DNA of 64,000 nucleotides from Octopus sinensis (GCF_006345805.1 NC_043010.1:54684001-54748000), one strand, 5' to 3'. Shown: positions 25,311 to 38,367, numbered from the stretch's first letter. A program made the numbers and translations. Notes: a model not told the origin generated them from the sequence alone.

Positions 25311-26054
25311 TGGATTCACTATATATATATATGCACACACATATGCATATATACGTACATGTATATATTTACGAGTGTGTATGTGTATGCATATATATAT
25401 TATGAGTGTGTATGTGTATGCATATATATATATTATGAGATTCTTCATATTGCAAATAATGCATAATCAAAATTTAATGTTGAATTATTAATTATAATAA
25501 TTAACAATACATATCTAAATGAACACCATAAATTTTATGTTATAACGAACATAATAACTAAAATAGAGCTTGCTTCTCGATTGATTGATGGTTACAAATG
25601 TGCATCATACACGATAAGATGACATCAATTCTTAAGGGTACAATTTTCAAAATCGTGTCATGCGTGTATGAAAGCATTCCTGTCATTCTCTTCTCATTTC
25701 CTTTGTCCCTAACATTTTCCCATTCCATTGTATATATGTGTGCATGTATGTATGTTTGCATCTATCTATCTATCTATCTTCCTTTGTCTTTTTAACCGTC
25801 TGTGTATATCACATTCTCTCCTTCTCTATATATATATATCCGTAAATGCATATATTCCCATTCACATACAGCGATCTATGCACACACACATATGTATACA
25901 TATATATATATATACATACACACGCACACACATATTTATATATACATACATACACACACACACAATATATATATATATATATACACACACATATATATAT
26001 ATAGGTATATATATATATATATATATATATGTAGATATACGCATAATCTCATGT

Positions 26055-26092
<38 letters not shown>

Positions 26093-26515
26093 GTGTGCGT
26101 GCATATCAGTATCCTCATACATGCATATATGTATGTGTATGTGTTTTGTGTGCTTGTATATATATATACACGTATATATACTTAAATATTTGTGTGTATA
26201 AATATACATGTATATACCTCCTTAAACATACACATACATACCCATACATATATAAACATGATTAATTCAAGTTGACGAAAGAACAGCTCAACAATTTTAA
26301 TAACATATTTCTAATTATTCGTGTTCACTTAATATCGTTATTTGCAACAGTTAATTGCCATATGAAAATATTTCTGTATTCTACATGACAATAAACATAC
26401 AATTGATTCACTCAGAAAGGAAGCATATTTTATACATATACGGGTAATTATCTGATTGTATTTGATTTGTTGACGATTGACAGTTTTTCGTTCATTATTT
26501 TTTTTGTGTGTGAAT

Positions 26516-26908
26516 ATCTTTATGTATAAAAGAAAGGTTGTGTGTCTGTCTACTCCGATTTAGATTCCTAACTACTCCCACATTTTGCGATGCAGTTTAA
26601 CCAAAACCGGGTATCTTATAGTCGTGATTCATATCGAGCCCTTCTGGGTATTAGCGCGCGTCTACAATGCGTCTACGATTTTTAAAATAATTTACCATCA
26701 TTTTTTTCCTTTTAAGCATATTTTATTTTTAATAAGGGAAGTAACTCTCTAAAAATGTCTACGATGAGTCAACGATTTAAAAAAAATTTACCATAATTGT
26801 TTTTCCATTTTTAATGCATTTTTTGCTATTTTTTGGCTATAACTCTCTAAAAATGCTTTATAGTTATTTCCCTTACAAACCCGAGCAACGCCGGGCGATA
26901 CTGCCAGT
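26516..26908 (+). mobile_element. Non-autonomous Helitron-like element
   Basis: Subterminal hairpin CCCGAGCAACGCCGGG and a CTAGT-like end; 3' portion shared with the 41360-41730 copy. Confidence 0.6.
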
Positions 26909-27116
26909 ATCTTCTAAATTTCAGATTCAATAATTACCTTCATTAAACAAAAATCATGAAATAATCTCAATTTACGAACGAGAATTTCACTCTTTCCTGT
27001 CTTCATAAATGTGGTGTAATATACGTCCACTACTGAATTTGGTTACCCTGTACATCCCCTAATGCAGCTGATGCCATGCTGCAGATTTCTAAAAAGAGTG
27101 AAATAATTCTATAGTC

Positions 27117-27462
27117 TTTTAGTCTTTTACTCGTTTCAGTCGTTTGACTGCAGCCATGCTGGAGCACCGCCTTTTGATCGAGCAAATCGACACCAGGACT
27201 CATTCTTTGTAAGCCTAGTACTTATTCTATCGGTCTCTTTTGCCGAAACGCTAAGTTACGGAGACGTAAACACACCAGCATCGGTTGTCAAGCGATGTTG
27301 GGGGGGGGCAAACACAGGCACACAAACACACACATATATACATACATATATACGACGGGCTTCTTTCACTTTCCATCTACCAAATCCACCCACAAGGCTT
27401 TAGTCGGCCCGAGACACTTGCTCAAGATGACATGCAGTGGGACAGAGCCCGGAACCGTGTGG
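27117..27462 (-). mobile_element. CORE-type composite SINE
   Basis: Same family. Shorter fragments at 31205-31362(-), 48225-48315(-), 54010-54097(-) and 12995-13075(+). Confidence 0.7.
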
Positions 27463-27477
27463 TTTGTGTGTTCTTGT

Positions 27478-27890
27478 TTGTCCCCTCTGTGTTTAGCACC
27501 TTATAGGTAGTAAAGAAATAGAAATAGATATTTCGTCTGCCGGTACGTTGTGAGTTCAAATTCCGCCGAGGTCGACTTTGCTTTCTTCCTTTCGGGGTCA
27601 ATAAATTAAATACCAGTTATGCACTAGGGTCGATATAATCGACTTAATCCGTTTGTCTGTCCTTGTTCGTCCCCTCTGTGTTTATTCCCTCGTGTGTAGT
27701 AAAGAAATAGGTATTTCGTTTGCCGTTACGTTGTGAATTCAAATTCTGTCGAGGTCGACTTTGCCTTTCATCCTTTCGGGGTCAATAAATTAAGTACCAG
27801 TTACGCACTAGAGTCGATGTAATCGACTTAATCCGTTTGTTTGTCCTTGTTTGTCCACTCTATGTTTAGCCCCACGTGGGCAGTAAAGAA
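27478..27890 (+). mobile_element. Meta-type SINE units in tandem
   Basis: About 2.3 units of the same body. Confidence 0.75.
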
Positions 27891-28764
27891 ATACACATTC
27901 TTTTTTCTCTGGCGTTGATATGCTAATAGACTGCTAACGATATTAAATTCATAACTACCATAACAATCCGGATTAGAATCGCATTATAATTAGTTGAAAC
28001 TCGCGGGATATGAACTTGTCACAATTGCTCAAGGGAAACTAAAATTGTAATGGATTTGTAAAGAGCATCATCTCACATCAATCATTTATAAAGATAAATT
28101 TAAAACAAACACATTTTATGAAAACAGATATTCAATAAAAAATATTCGTGTATATGATAAGGTTTTTGAAGAGGTGAGGAATGGCAAAAGAAAACAAAAA
28201 GTAAAAAAGAAAAAAATGAGTATAATATATCTTCAGCGGAGTTGCTTGATATTGATTTACTACTGTAAGGTGGGTGTGCACATTCATATATATTATATTG
28301 ATATATATATACATATATATTATATATCAGTATATATTATATATCAATATACATATATATACTGATATTACTATATCTATCTTATATATTATATATATCA
28401 TATATAATATATATATATATATAATATATCAATATACATATATATGATACTGATATATAGATATATAATATATATATATATATCAGTATATATTATATAT
28501 CAATATTATATATATATATATAATATTATCAGTATATATTATATATTAGTATATATTATATCAATATAAATATATATATATATATATATATAATAAAAGG
28601 GCTTAGTAAAATAAATTACTTTGCCCGCATACTGAACTCGTTAGAAATAGCAGCTAAAAAAACTATTTCTAACACTAAAGAAACCTCTCTCATATAGTGT
28701 TTGCTCAATTCAACTCAAGAAAGTATGAGGGTAGAGACATTAAAAAATCAAATGCAAAGTTATT

Positions 28765-28817
28765 TGAGTACGTACGTTTCAAGATTAGCCAAAATCGACC
28801 CTTCTCTCATCAGCTCA
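28765..28817 (-). ncRNA. Type I minimal hammerhead ribozyme (550-nt family, copy 1)
   Basis: Minus strand: TGAG-CTGATGA-GAGA..TCTT-GAAA-CGTACG-TA^CTCA. Intact core, palindromic helix III, GUA triplet; predicted cut between 28769 and 28768. Confidence 0.85.
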
Positions 28818-29314
28818 GAATGCCCTTGTTTGAATTTGAAAACACTGAAAATGGGAGCATACCCTTTCGGCTTGTTATCGCTTCTGAAGATCTGTTCCAA
28901 ACTAACAGTGCCAACAAACTCAAATATGCAAGAGAAAAATTTCTGCTCTCCCTTTCACCAGCGTGGGTTAAAATCAGCAAACACTATGCTTTTTTCGGTA
29001 AAATCCGAGACAATTAAGTAGAGAGAGATGAATTATAATTTCAACAATTGAGGGTTAAAATTAATTAATTAATTAATCAATTTCACCAAGTATTCAGTAT
29101 GCAAAGGGACCATTTAAGGCAAATTCAAATTATTACTTATATAAAAGGGCTTAGTAAAATAAATTACTACTTTGCCGCATACTGAACTCGTTAGAAATAG
29201 CAGCTAAAAAACTATTTTCTAACACTTAAAGAAACCTCTCTCATATAGTGTTTGCTCAATTCAACTCAAGAAAGTATGAGGGTAGAGACATTAAAATCAA
29301 ATGCAAAGGTTATT

Positions 29315-29367
29315 TGAGTACGTACGTTTCAAGATTAGCCAAAATCGACCCTTCTCTCATCAGCTCA
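29315..29367 (-). ncRNA. Type I minimal hammerhead ribozyme (550-nt family, copy 2)
   Basis: Same motif as copy 1, 550 bp away. Confidence 0.85.
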
Positions 29368-29825
29368 GAATGCCCTTGTTTGAATTTGAAAACACTGAAA
29401 TGGGAGCATACCTTTAGAAAAGTTAGAAATATTAGAAATAGTTTTTTTAGCTGCTATTTCTAACGAGTTCAGTATGCGCAAAATATTTATTTTACTAAGC
29501 CCTTTTATATAATGTAATAATTTGAATTTGCCTAAGGTCCTTTGCATACTGAATACTTGGTGAAATTATTAATTAATTAATTAATTTTACCCTCAATTGT
29601 TGAAATTATAATTCATCTCTCTCTACTTAATTGTCTCGGATTTTACCGAAAAAAGCATAGTGTTTGCTGATTTTAACCCCGCTGGTGGAAAGGGGAGAGC
29701 AGAAATTTTTCTCTTGCATATTTGAGTTTGTTGGCACTGTTAGTTTGGAACAGATCTTCAGAAGCGATAACAAGCGAAAGGGTATGCTCCCTTTTCAGTG
29801 TTTTCAAATTCAAACAAGGGCATTC

Positions 29826-29878
29826 TGAGCTGATGAGAGAAGGGTCGATTTTGGCTAATCTTGAAACGTACGTACTCA
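29826..29878 (+). ncRNA. Type I minimal hammerhead ribozyme (550-nt family, copy 3)
   Basis: tgagCTGATGAgagaagggtcgattttggctaatcttGAAAcgtacgTA^ctca; predicted cut after 29874. Confidence 0.85.
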
Positions 29879-30371
29879 ATAACCTTTGCATTTGATTTTT
29901 TATGTCTCTACCCTCATACTTTCTTGAGTTGAATTGAGCAAACACTATATGAGAGAGGTTTTCTTTAAGTGTTAGAAATAGTTTTTTTAGCTGCTATTTC
30001 TAACGAGTTCAGTATGCGGCAAAGTAATTTATTTTACTAAGCCCTTTTATATAATGTAATAATTTGAATTTGCCTTAAATGGTCCCTTTGCATACTGAAT
30101 ACTTGGTGAAATTGATTAATTAATTAATTAATTTTACCCTCAATTGTTGAATTATAATTCATCTCTCTCTACTTAATTGTCTCGGATTTTACCGAAAAAG
30201 CATAGTGTTTGCTGATTTTAACCCACGCTGGTGGAAAGGGAGAGCAGAATTTTTCTCTTGCATATTTGAGTTTGTTGGCACTGTTAGTTTGGAACAGATC
30301 TTCAGAAGCGATAACAAGCCGAAAGGGTATGCTCCCATTTTTCAGTGTTTTCAAATCAAACAAGGGCATTC

Positions 30372-30424
30372 TGAGCTGATGAGAGAAGGGTCGATTTTGG
30401 CTAATCTTGAAACGTACGTACTCA
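30372..30424 (+). ncRNA. Type I minimal hammerhead ribozyme (550-nt family, copy 4)
   Basis: Same motif; predicted cut after 30420, 546 nt from the copy 3 cut. Confidence 0.85.
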
Positions 30425-30934
30425 AATAACCTTTGCATTTGATTTTTTAATGTCTCTACCCTCATACTTTCTTGAGTTGAATTGAGCAAACACTATATGA
30501 GAGAGGTTTTCTTTAAGTGTTAAAATAGTTTTTTTTAGCTGCTATTTCTAACGAGTTCAGTATGCGGCAAAGTAATTTATTTTACTAAGCCCTTTTATAT
30601 AATGTAATAATTTGAATTTGCCTTAAATGGTCCCTTTGCATAACTGAATACTTGGTGAAATTGATTAATTAATTAATTATTTTACCCTCAATTGTTGAAA
30701 TTATATATTATATATCTCATATATATATATATATATATATTATCATTGATATATATATATATATATATATATAGATATATATCTATATATCTATATATAT
30801 ATAATCAGTATATATATAATATATCTTATTGATATATATATATATAATACATATGCTTATATATATATATATATCAGTATATATCTACGTATATATATAT
30901 TATCTATTGATATATATATATGACCTCTATATAC

Positions 30935-30974
<40 letters not shown>

Positions 30975-31375
30975 ATAATATTATCATATATATATATGTA
31001 ATATAATGTTAATAATAAATATATAATATTGTATATATATATATATAATATATAATAATATCTATACTCAGTATATATATATGTCTATATATATATATAT
31101 ATATCTATATATATATATGTAATATATATATATATCTATGTATATATATATATATAGTATATATATATATCTATCATATATCATATATTATATATAATAT
31201 ATACATATATACGACTGATTTGTTCAGTTTCCGTCTACCAAATCCAATCACAAACTTTGGTCGGCCCCAGGCTATATTAGAAGAGACTTGCCCTAGTTGC
31301 CACGCAGTGGGAATGAAACCTGAATCATGTGGTTGTTAGCAAACTACTACCACTGCTTCGCCTATATATATATAG

Positions 31376-31435
<60 letters not shown>

Positions 31436-31490
31436 TTAGTGAATTGAAGAAATGGAGTGAACGAAGATTGAACAGAAATCGTTTTATTGC

Positions 31491-31570
31491 ATTCTACACG
31501 TGTTTCGAAGCCACAATTTATCAAATTCCGATTGAATGAGACCACATAGTGTCTTTCTCTTCAGAAGAAT
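31491..31570 (-). ncRNA. Degenerate type I hammerhead (CACGTG family) in a Penelope-like fragment (~31430-31690)
   Basis: Minus strand: ATTCTT-CTGAAGA-GAAAG..CTTC-GAAA-CACGTG-TA^GAAT. Core intact, helix I weak. The flank resembles the 12678 element. Confidence 0.6.
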
Positions 31571-31756
31571 AGGAAATCCGTTGAAAACAAAACCAGAACA
31601 GAGGCGGAGCAAAACAAATCGAACGAGGCTCCTAAGAGCCCATGGCAATTATCTGCAAACAGATTATTCATCTTCTATTTCACAAAAATATTATATATAT
31701 ATATATATATTATATATATTATATATCTATATATATATACATGTATGTAATGTAAT

Positions 31757-31851
<95 letters not shown>

Positions 31852-33850
31852 TACACATGTATATACACACATAAACAGACATGTACACCACATCTAATTA
31901 TTATCATTCACAATTAAATATATCAATACTAATCTCTGAATCAGTACTCCACGTAGATTTTAACTATACAGTCAGCCTCCAGTATTATTATTAGCCAACC
32001 ACTGTACTAAACAATGATACTAGTTATGATATAAAGAGCGTACTTATGCGTATGCTTATATGCTAATATTCATATGTAAATATCTGTATACACACAAATA
32101 CGTTCGAAAACATACTTGTTAGGGGGCATTATCAGAATGTAATCACATCCCTGCAAATCTTTTCTTACGCAGAAGAAAATGCTGAACCCATTCCTTATAC
32201 TGGGTTTCGAGGTGTCTCAAGCGTCCCCCAGACGAACCGTAGGCGATTTCGCTCTACACTCGCTAGCATATTACATCGAACACTTGTATGTAATGTATTC
32301 ACATCGTAAGATATTATCACAGTTGGACGCCTAAGGCATCTTATATACATATACACAACCACACACGCATTGGCGCACATATATAGAGGTACAAATATAT
32401 ATGTATATGTGTGTATGTAAACACAGACTCACACACAAAACGCTCACACACACATATGCATGTATATATCCATATATTACGCAGAGAGACATATACGTTT
32501 GTGCATATTTATGAACAGAGGTTAGAATATTATGCGTTAATATTATTTACCACATGTACGCTTTCTCAATGAATTAATCAAACGGCCTTATATTCATTTA
32601 CATGGTCATGTATAAAATTAGAATTGATACGTGAATTAGTAACTGCAAGAGAAATAATGTAATATGAGCAATTTACAGTAATACAGAAGATCGTTTTCTG
32701 ATGGATTGAAAAGCTATTTTGCTTTGTGGGTGCAACAATAAGGAACATGAAATACGTTACGAATATTTATCTTTTGATTAGTACACTGATGTTTAAAAAT
32801 GCATATCAACGATTTTCTTTCGCAAAGGCTTTTCAAAGATCCTTGCAAGGATTCACTAAAATTATATACACCCTGTAAATAGAACATGATTATTTCCTCA
32901 TTTCAACCTACTTCATAAGTGGAGGATTCTCCCCGCACAGTTTCGATAGCCGTTACATTTTCTTCTCCATAACGAAATATGTAATGGGTCACGGCTTTAT
33001 CGATGGCATCTCCACCGACGTAGAGTCAGTCATTTTCCTACCGTAGTATTTACAAAATTTGTTATTATAGCTGGAGGTTGGTTACAATGCCTATGTAAGT
33101 CTCATAGTCAGGCTTATGATTTCTCTGATGTTGCTGCTAGCAATCCACGTATAATGCTTCTCAATGTTTTGCTCATTAATCGACATTTTGATTGCAAAGT
33201 TTAGAAGTCAAAGATATATCTTTCTGAAAATTATAAATATATGATCTGGAAGCGACACATTCAGACCTATAAAAGCGCCGCTGAAAGACATAAACATTTC
33301 TAACAAAAGATATACTAGAAACACTAGCCAGTTCATGCACAATTTACAGCCCTCTGTCCGATAAAAGGAGCCCCATGTATTATTATAATGTTAACCTGTT
33401 ATTTACTGGTAAATAAAGAATCATTATAGATCGAACGTGTTAGACAATGCATATGCTGAATCAATTTACAAGAGACTAATCAACAACTACTGCGATGTAA
33501 TCACCTCAAATTATACGTCCAAAATTAACGACAAATATCCCTTGGCGAGGATATTCCAAATAATCAGCTACTAAAACGTAGGACACATAGGTATCCGCTA
33601 GATATTTCAAAGAATGATAAGGAACACAGTCAGATATGTTAGAATGAACGACTGAACGTAGATTATCATTATGAAGTCCCCTTTCAGTATTTCGAGCAGC
33701 CAACCACCATACTTAGCGGTGATTCTACTTATGATATACGGAGGACATATATGTATGCAGGCAAAAAAAACCTTCTGTTTTCTAATTCCAAATCAAGCTA
33801 TGTAAAACTTGTTCATTCATTAAGTATCGCTAAAAACAATAAATTTTCCA

Positions 33851-34415
33851 CGGCGGTAAACTGGTCAACACGCCGGGCGAAATGCTTAGCGGTATTTCGT
33901 CTACCGCTACGTACTGAGTTCAAATTCCGCCGAGGTCGACGTTGCCTTTCATCCTTTCGGAGTCGATAAATTAAGTACCAGCTACGCACTGGCATCGATA
34001 TAATCGACTTAATCCGTTTGTCTGTTCTTGTTTGTCCTCTCTGTGTTTATCCCCTTGTAGATAGTAAAGAAATAGGTATTTCGTTTGCCACTACGTTCTG
34101 AGTTCAAATTCCCCCGAGGTCTACTTTGCCTTTCATTCTTCGGGGTCGATTAAATAACTACCAGTTACCCACTGGTGTCGATATATTCGACTGAATCCGT
34201 TTGTCTGTCCCTGTTTGTCCTCTCTGCGTTTAGCCCTTTGTGGGTAGTAAAGAAATAGGCATTTCGTTTGTCTTTACGTTCTGAGTTCAAATTCCGCAGA
34301 GGTCGACTTTGCATTTCATCCTTTCGGTGTCGATAAATTAAGCACCAGTTGTGTACTGGAATCTATCTATTCGACTAGTCTCCTCCCTCAAAATTTCGGG
34401 CGTTGTGCCTTAAGT
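33851..34415 (+). mobile_element. Meta-type SINE, head plus three tandem bodies
   Basis: Head at 33851; bodies recur about every 180 bp. Confidence 0.75.
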
Positions 34416-35329
34416 TGAAAAGAATATTTAAATATGTGTTGCATATTTCGTCTTTTTTTTTTTTGTTCCTCACTTGTCGCATAATTTACGAGGAATCATG
34501 CAAATATCAATCATTATAAGTTATAAAACTTTCATTCGAGATTTGGAACATATGCACTTATTAAAAGTACATTTACTGAGGCGATATACATGTTTATTAT
34601 TCATGTATGATTCATATTTTAACATAATAAAACTAAGTCGTTCTTTAGTTGCATTAATTATTGGAAATAATCTGCTGAAAAGCAATACGACAACTGAAAA
34701 ACTGCGAATGAGGAATACAATTCTGCAGAATTTTAAGTATTAGTTACGTCTTTGATTCATAATTACATATATATTTCTTATATATTTCTGTTTATATAGT
34801 TATGTTATATAGTTACGTAAGAAAAATTAGTGATTTACAAAGTCGAAACTGAATGCAAGAATGGATAATAACACAAATGTTCGTAAATATTTCTTTCATG
34901 CGCACCAGACAAGCATTTTCGAGAGGAACATTTTTTATTAATTTAAATCTAAAACATTACAACGGTGGCACATTATTTCTTGATTCTGTCAACAAACCAT
35001 AATGGCTACCATTAATTTAACAAACATTGGTTTTCGAATTTCGGCACAAAACCAGCAATTCGGGGTGAAAGATAAATCAGACGGTAATTATCAAGTGACA
35101 ATTACCTTATCAAACCCGGAAATTTAAATCAAGACGAAAATTGAAGTCAAGACTTAAGACGGACGAAATGCCACTAAGCATTTTTTCCGGCGTACTGTCG
35201 CTTCTTTCAGCTGGCAGCTTTAATTATGTAACAAATATGGGACCATCTAATTGTGAAAGAAGGAAAAAGATATCTAACATTACTTTTCGGTATCTTCATA
35301 ATTGTTTCAATTATTTGCCGCAGCGCCAG

Positions 35330-35512
35330 CAACTACGTGTGGCGCGTTAAGTCGATTACATTGACCCTAGTGCTCAACTATACTTGGTTTATACCCCACG
35401 AAAGGATGAAAGGAAAGGTTGAACGCCGTGGAGTTTGAACTCAAAACCTAAAGTCAGGTAAATCACAGCCGAGCATTTTGTACGACGTGCTAAAGATTCC
35501 ACCAGCTCACCG
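35330..35512 (-). mobile_element. Old Meta-type SINE
   Basis: Diverged homology to the family. Further diverged + strand copies at ~48960-49125 and ~52841-53005. Confidence 0.6.
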
Positions 35513-36239
35513 CTTTACGAAATTTCTAATAATTATTGCTGCATTCGCGTTCGTTATTTAACGTACTAGGTTAAAATCCGACAGCGTTTACTTGTCCAAG
35601 CGACAAATTCTAGAGTTTTCATTCTGGATGTTATCGGGCATCATGATGGGTGTGATTATTTTAATAGTGAATATCACCTTGGTAAAGACATTTGAATCGC
35701 GTCATATCACTGAGATAGGGATAAATGCAATACAGTATATCAAACACTGGCCGTCTGCTCAATTTTATTTCATCAGTAACCAAATCTGTCATGGCACATA
35801 ATTTCCTCAAAATGCAGTGCAGTGGGTGACACCTGTGGTAAGCCGGTTCTAAAATGCATCGTATAGCAAGTACCATACTAACGTTGTATTCATTCAGTCT
35901 GAAATAGGCGAGCAAGTCTACCAAGTAAGGAAGAAAAAAAATTTTTTTGAATTCCTCAATTGTTACCTCTCGTTCTGCAGCAAAATTTTTAAAGAATGGA
36001 TATTTGGATTACAGCAACAATGTTAAGTATTTAAATCAATGATATGTTTCATATCACAGAGTAAAAAGCCAAGTTGTTGCTGCTTTGTTAAAGCATATCT
36101 CCATATTAACACTGTGTGAGCGAACTGAAAAAAGAAAAAGCATTTATGTAGAAGTAATTTATCTGGTCCTACGTCAACGAATGTATTTCAAACTTTTGAA
36201 CATATGAAGCAAGAATTAACTTACTATAACTTTTTGCAG

Positions 36240-36307
36240 GTTTGAAAATTTCACAGGACGATTTTAGCCTGCTGGTCGAGTACGCTGTGCATCTGATGCA
36301 AAAACGG
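36240..36307 (+). CDS. Candidate internal exon of an unidentified gene
   Basis: Acceptor ttactataactttttgcAG and donor GTAACT; reads (G)LKISQDDFSLLVEYAVHLMQKR; phase-compatible with 20675-20742. Confidence 0.3.
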
Positions 36308-36502
36308 GTAACTGTGATATCGTTATAGAGGAAAGCATACATTTAAGGGATTGAGGTAGAAATCTTTCAAAACGGCTGCAGTTTAAAAAAGGTTATGCAA
36401 TTTTTCTTATGCATGCATGTATGTATATATCATAATATATATAGATATATACATGTGCGTGTGTGTGCATGTATATATATATATTTATACATGTGTATAT
36501 GC

Positions 36503-36537
<35 letters not shown>

Positions 36538-37609
36538 GTATTAGCAAATATACAAAAATCCACACGCACATGCACAATCACGCACGACTGTAAACACTCA
36601 CACAGACACATGTGTGCTTGCATGTACGTATTTATTTATCAGTATATTTATAATATACATTTTGAATATTTTTTATATCATCTTTAGATTGCAGAAAAGT
36701 AATGGGGGAAACAAGCAAAACAGCTTCAGTAAACAAGATATGGTGAAATTGCATATATCAAAACAGTCAGGAGCTGTGATATATTCCGTCATTCTTGGAG
36801 AAAAGAGACATATTTCAGAAAGCTAATGTAGGCGGAGATAAACAAGAATTAATCCCGATAGTGCGGAATATATATGAGAATTATCAGAAGGCCGTAGAAA
36901 TATCATTTCAGAATTATGATGCGTTATTCACTAGTTTATTAGAATTTTCGTACCGTGTGTTATCAAGTATAACAGAAAGCGATTCTGATATTAATGCAGA
37001 GAAACTTATTCAAGTGATATTGTTGTGCATGCGATGTAGTGTCCCAATGGTGTAAAATTAATTTGACCAAATAACAAAAGGGGATGACAAGGTTCATTGC
37101 ATCCAAAGTAAGCTACAATAGACAAATCATTGGAGTGAAAATTTAATGGTTCGTATGTGTGTATGTGCGTGTGTGCCCGCGCGATTATGCATATTGATAT
37201 TTACGTGTATACGTTTAGACATTCACACAGATCACGACACAAAACTTATATACATACACATATACATAGATAGATAGATAGATAAATAGATAAATAGTTG
37301 GGTAGGTAGACAGACAGATAGATAGATAGAAAAATGGATAGATAAGTAGATCCATAGATAGATAGAGAGATAGATCCATAGAAGATCGATAGATAGATAG
37401 ATAGATAGAATAGATAGATAGATATATGATAGATAGATAGATAGATAGATAGACATACAGACAGACAATATAGAGTAATATGTGTGAGAGTGAGATAAAG
37501 AGATTGATAATCTGATAACAGGTAGACGGGAAAGGAGACGGAAGAAAAAGAAGAAACAACAACAGTTGTAAAACAATCGAAATCCAATCTAAACCTGGTA
37601 CATGAACGT

Positions 37610-37810
37610 ATCATTATAAAACATTGTCAAGAAAAGCCCTTATATGGCAAATATTGGCTGAAGCTAAATAGAAAAGAAATAGACAAAGCAAAATCCTAAC
37701 AATGGCTGAGAAGCTCGTAACTGAACAAGCAGAGACTGAACAATTTGTTTTGCAGCAGAAGATGAAGGCCTTCTCAACAGAAATCACCAAAATGTAAATG
37801 AAAAAAATAC
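37610..37810 (+). mobile_element. R4/Dong-type LINE fragment (duplicated at 38605-38795)
   Basis: Reads KPLYGKYWLKLNRKEIDKAKS*QWLRSS, matching the pre-CCHC region of R4-clade ORFs. Confidence 0.65.
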
Positions 37811-37962
37811 GAGCAACGAGAAATACGAGAAGAAGGAGTAGTAGTAGTAGTAGTAGTAGTAGGAGGAGGAGGAGGAGGAGGAGGAGGAGAAGAAGGGAGA
37901 AGAGGAGAAAAAGAAGAAGGAGGAGGGAGGAGAAGAAGAGAAGAAGAAGAAGAAAAGGAAGA

Positions 37963-38062
37963 NNNNNNNNNNNNNNNNNNNNNNNNNNNNNNNNNNNNNN
38001 NNNNNNNNNNNNNNNNNNNNNNNNNNNNNNNNNNNNNNNNNNNNNNNNNNNNNNNNNNNNNN
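37963..38062. other. Assembly gap (100 N) with duplicated flanks
   Basis: 37066-37962 is repeated almost identically from 38063 to ~38960. Confidence 0.95.
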
Positions 38063-38367
38063 ACCAAATAACAAAAGGGGATGACAAGGTTCATTGCATC
38101 CAAAGTAAGATTACAATAGACACTCATGGAGTGAAAATTTACGGTTCGTAGTGTGTATGTGCGTGTGTGCCCGCGCGATTATGCATATTGATATTTACGT
38201 GTATACGTTAGACATCACACAGATCACGACACAAAACTTATATACATACACATATACATAGATAGATAGATAGATAATAGATAATAGTTGGGTAGGTAGA
38301 CAGACAGATAGATAGATAGAAAAATGGATAGATAAGTAGATCCATAGATAGATAGAGAGATAGATCC

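Larger units (their letters stand above)
28593..30704. mobile_element. Retrozyme-like / Penelope-derived tandem array, ~550-bp unit, with internal inversion and 4 hammerhead ribozymes
   Basis: The unit starting ATAAAAGGGCTTAGTAAAAT repeats at a 550-bp period (about 1.5 units, 28593-29415). About 2.3 reverse-complement units follow (~29425-30704). Copies differ mostly by 1-2 nt indels. (TA)n lies on both sides. Confidence 0.85.

Noticed and set aside
28880-28950. Possible opposite-polarity hammerhead in the 550-bp unit (CTGAAGA..GAAA-AATT-TC)
   Set aside because: Helix I cannot form (CGCTT versus TGCTC), helix II is only 3 bp, and helix III differs in another copy; probably chance.
28697-29021. 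106-aa ORFs in the 550-bp repeat (also 29248, 29673, 30169)
   Set aside because: They are antisense to the ribozyme strand, their frames differ between copies through indels, and they have no recognisable domain.
32880-33720. Possible exon or LINE reverse-transcriptase remnant (GGDAIDKAVTHYIFRYGEENVTAIETVRGES on the minus strand)
   Set aside because: The nearest acceptor is out of frame, and no reverse-transcriptase motifs could be recognised.
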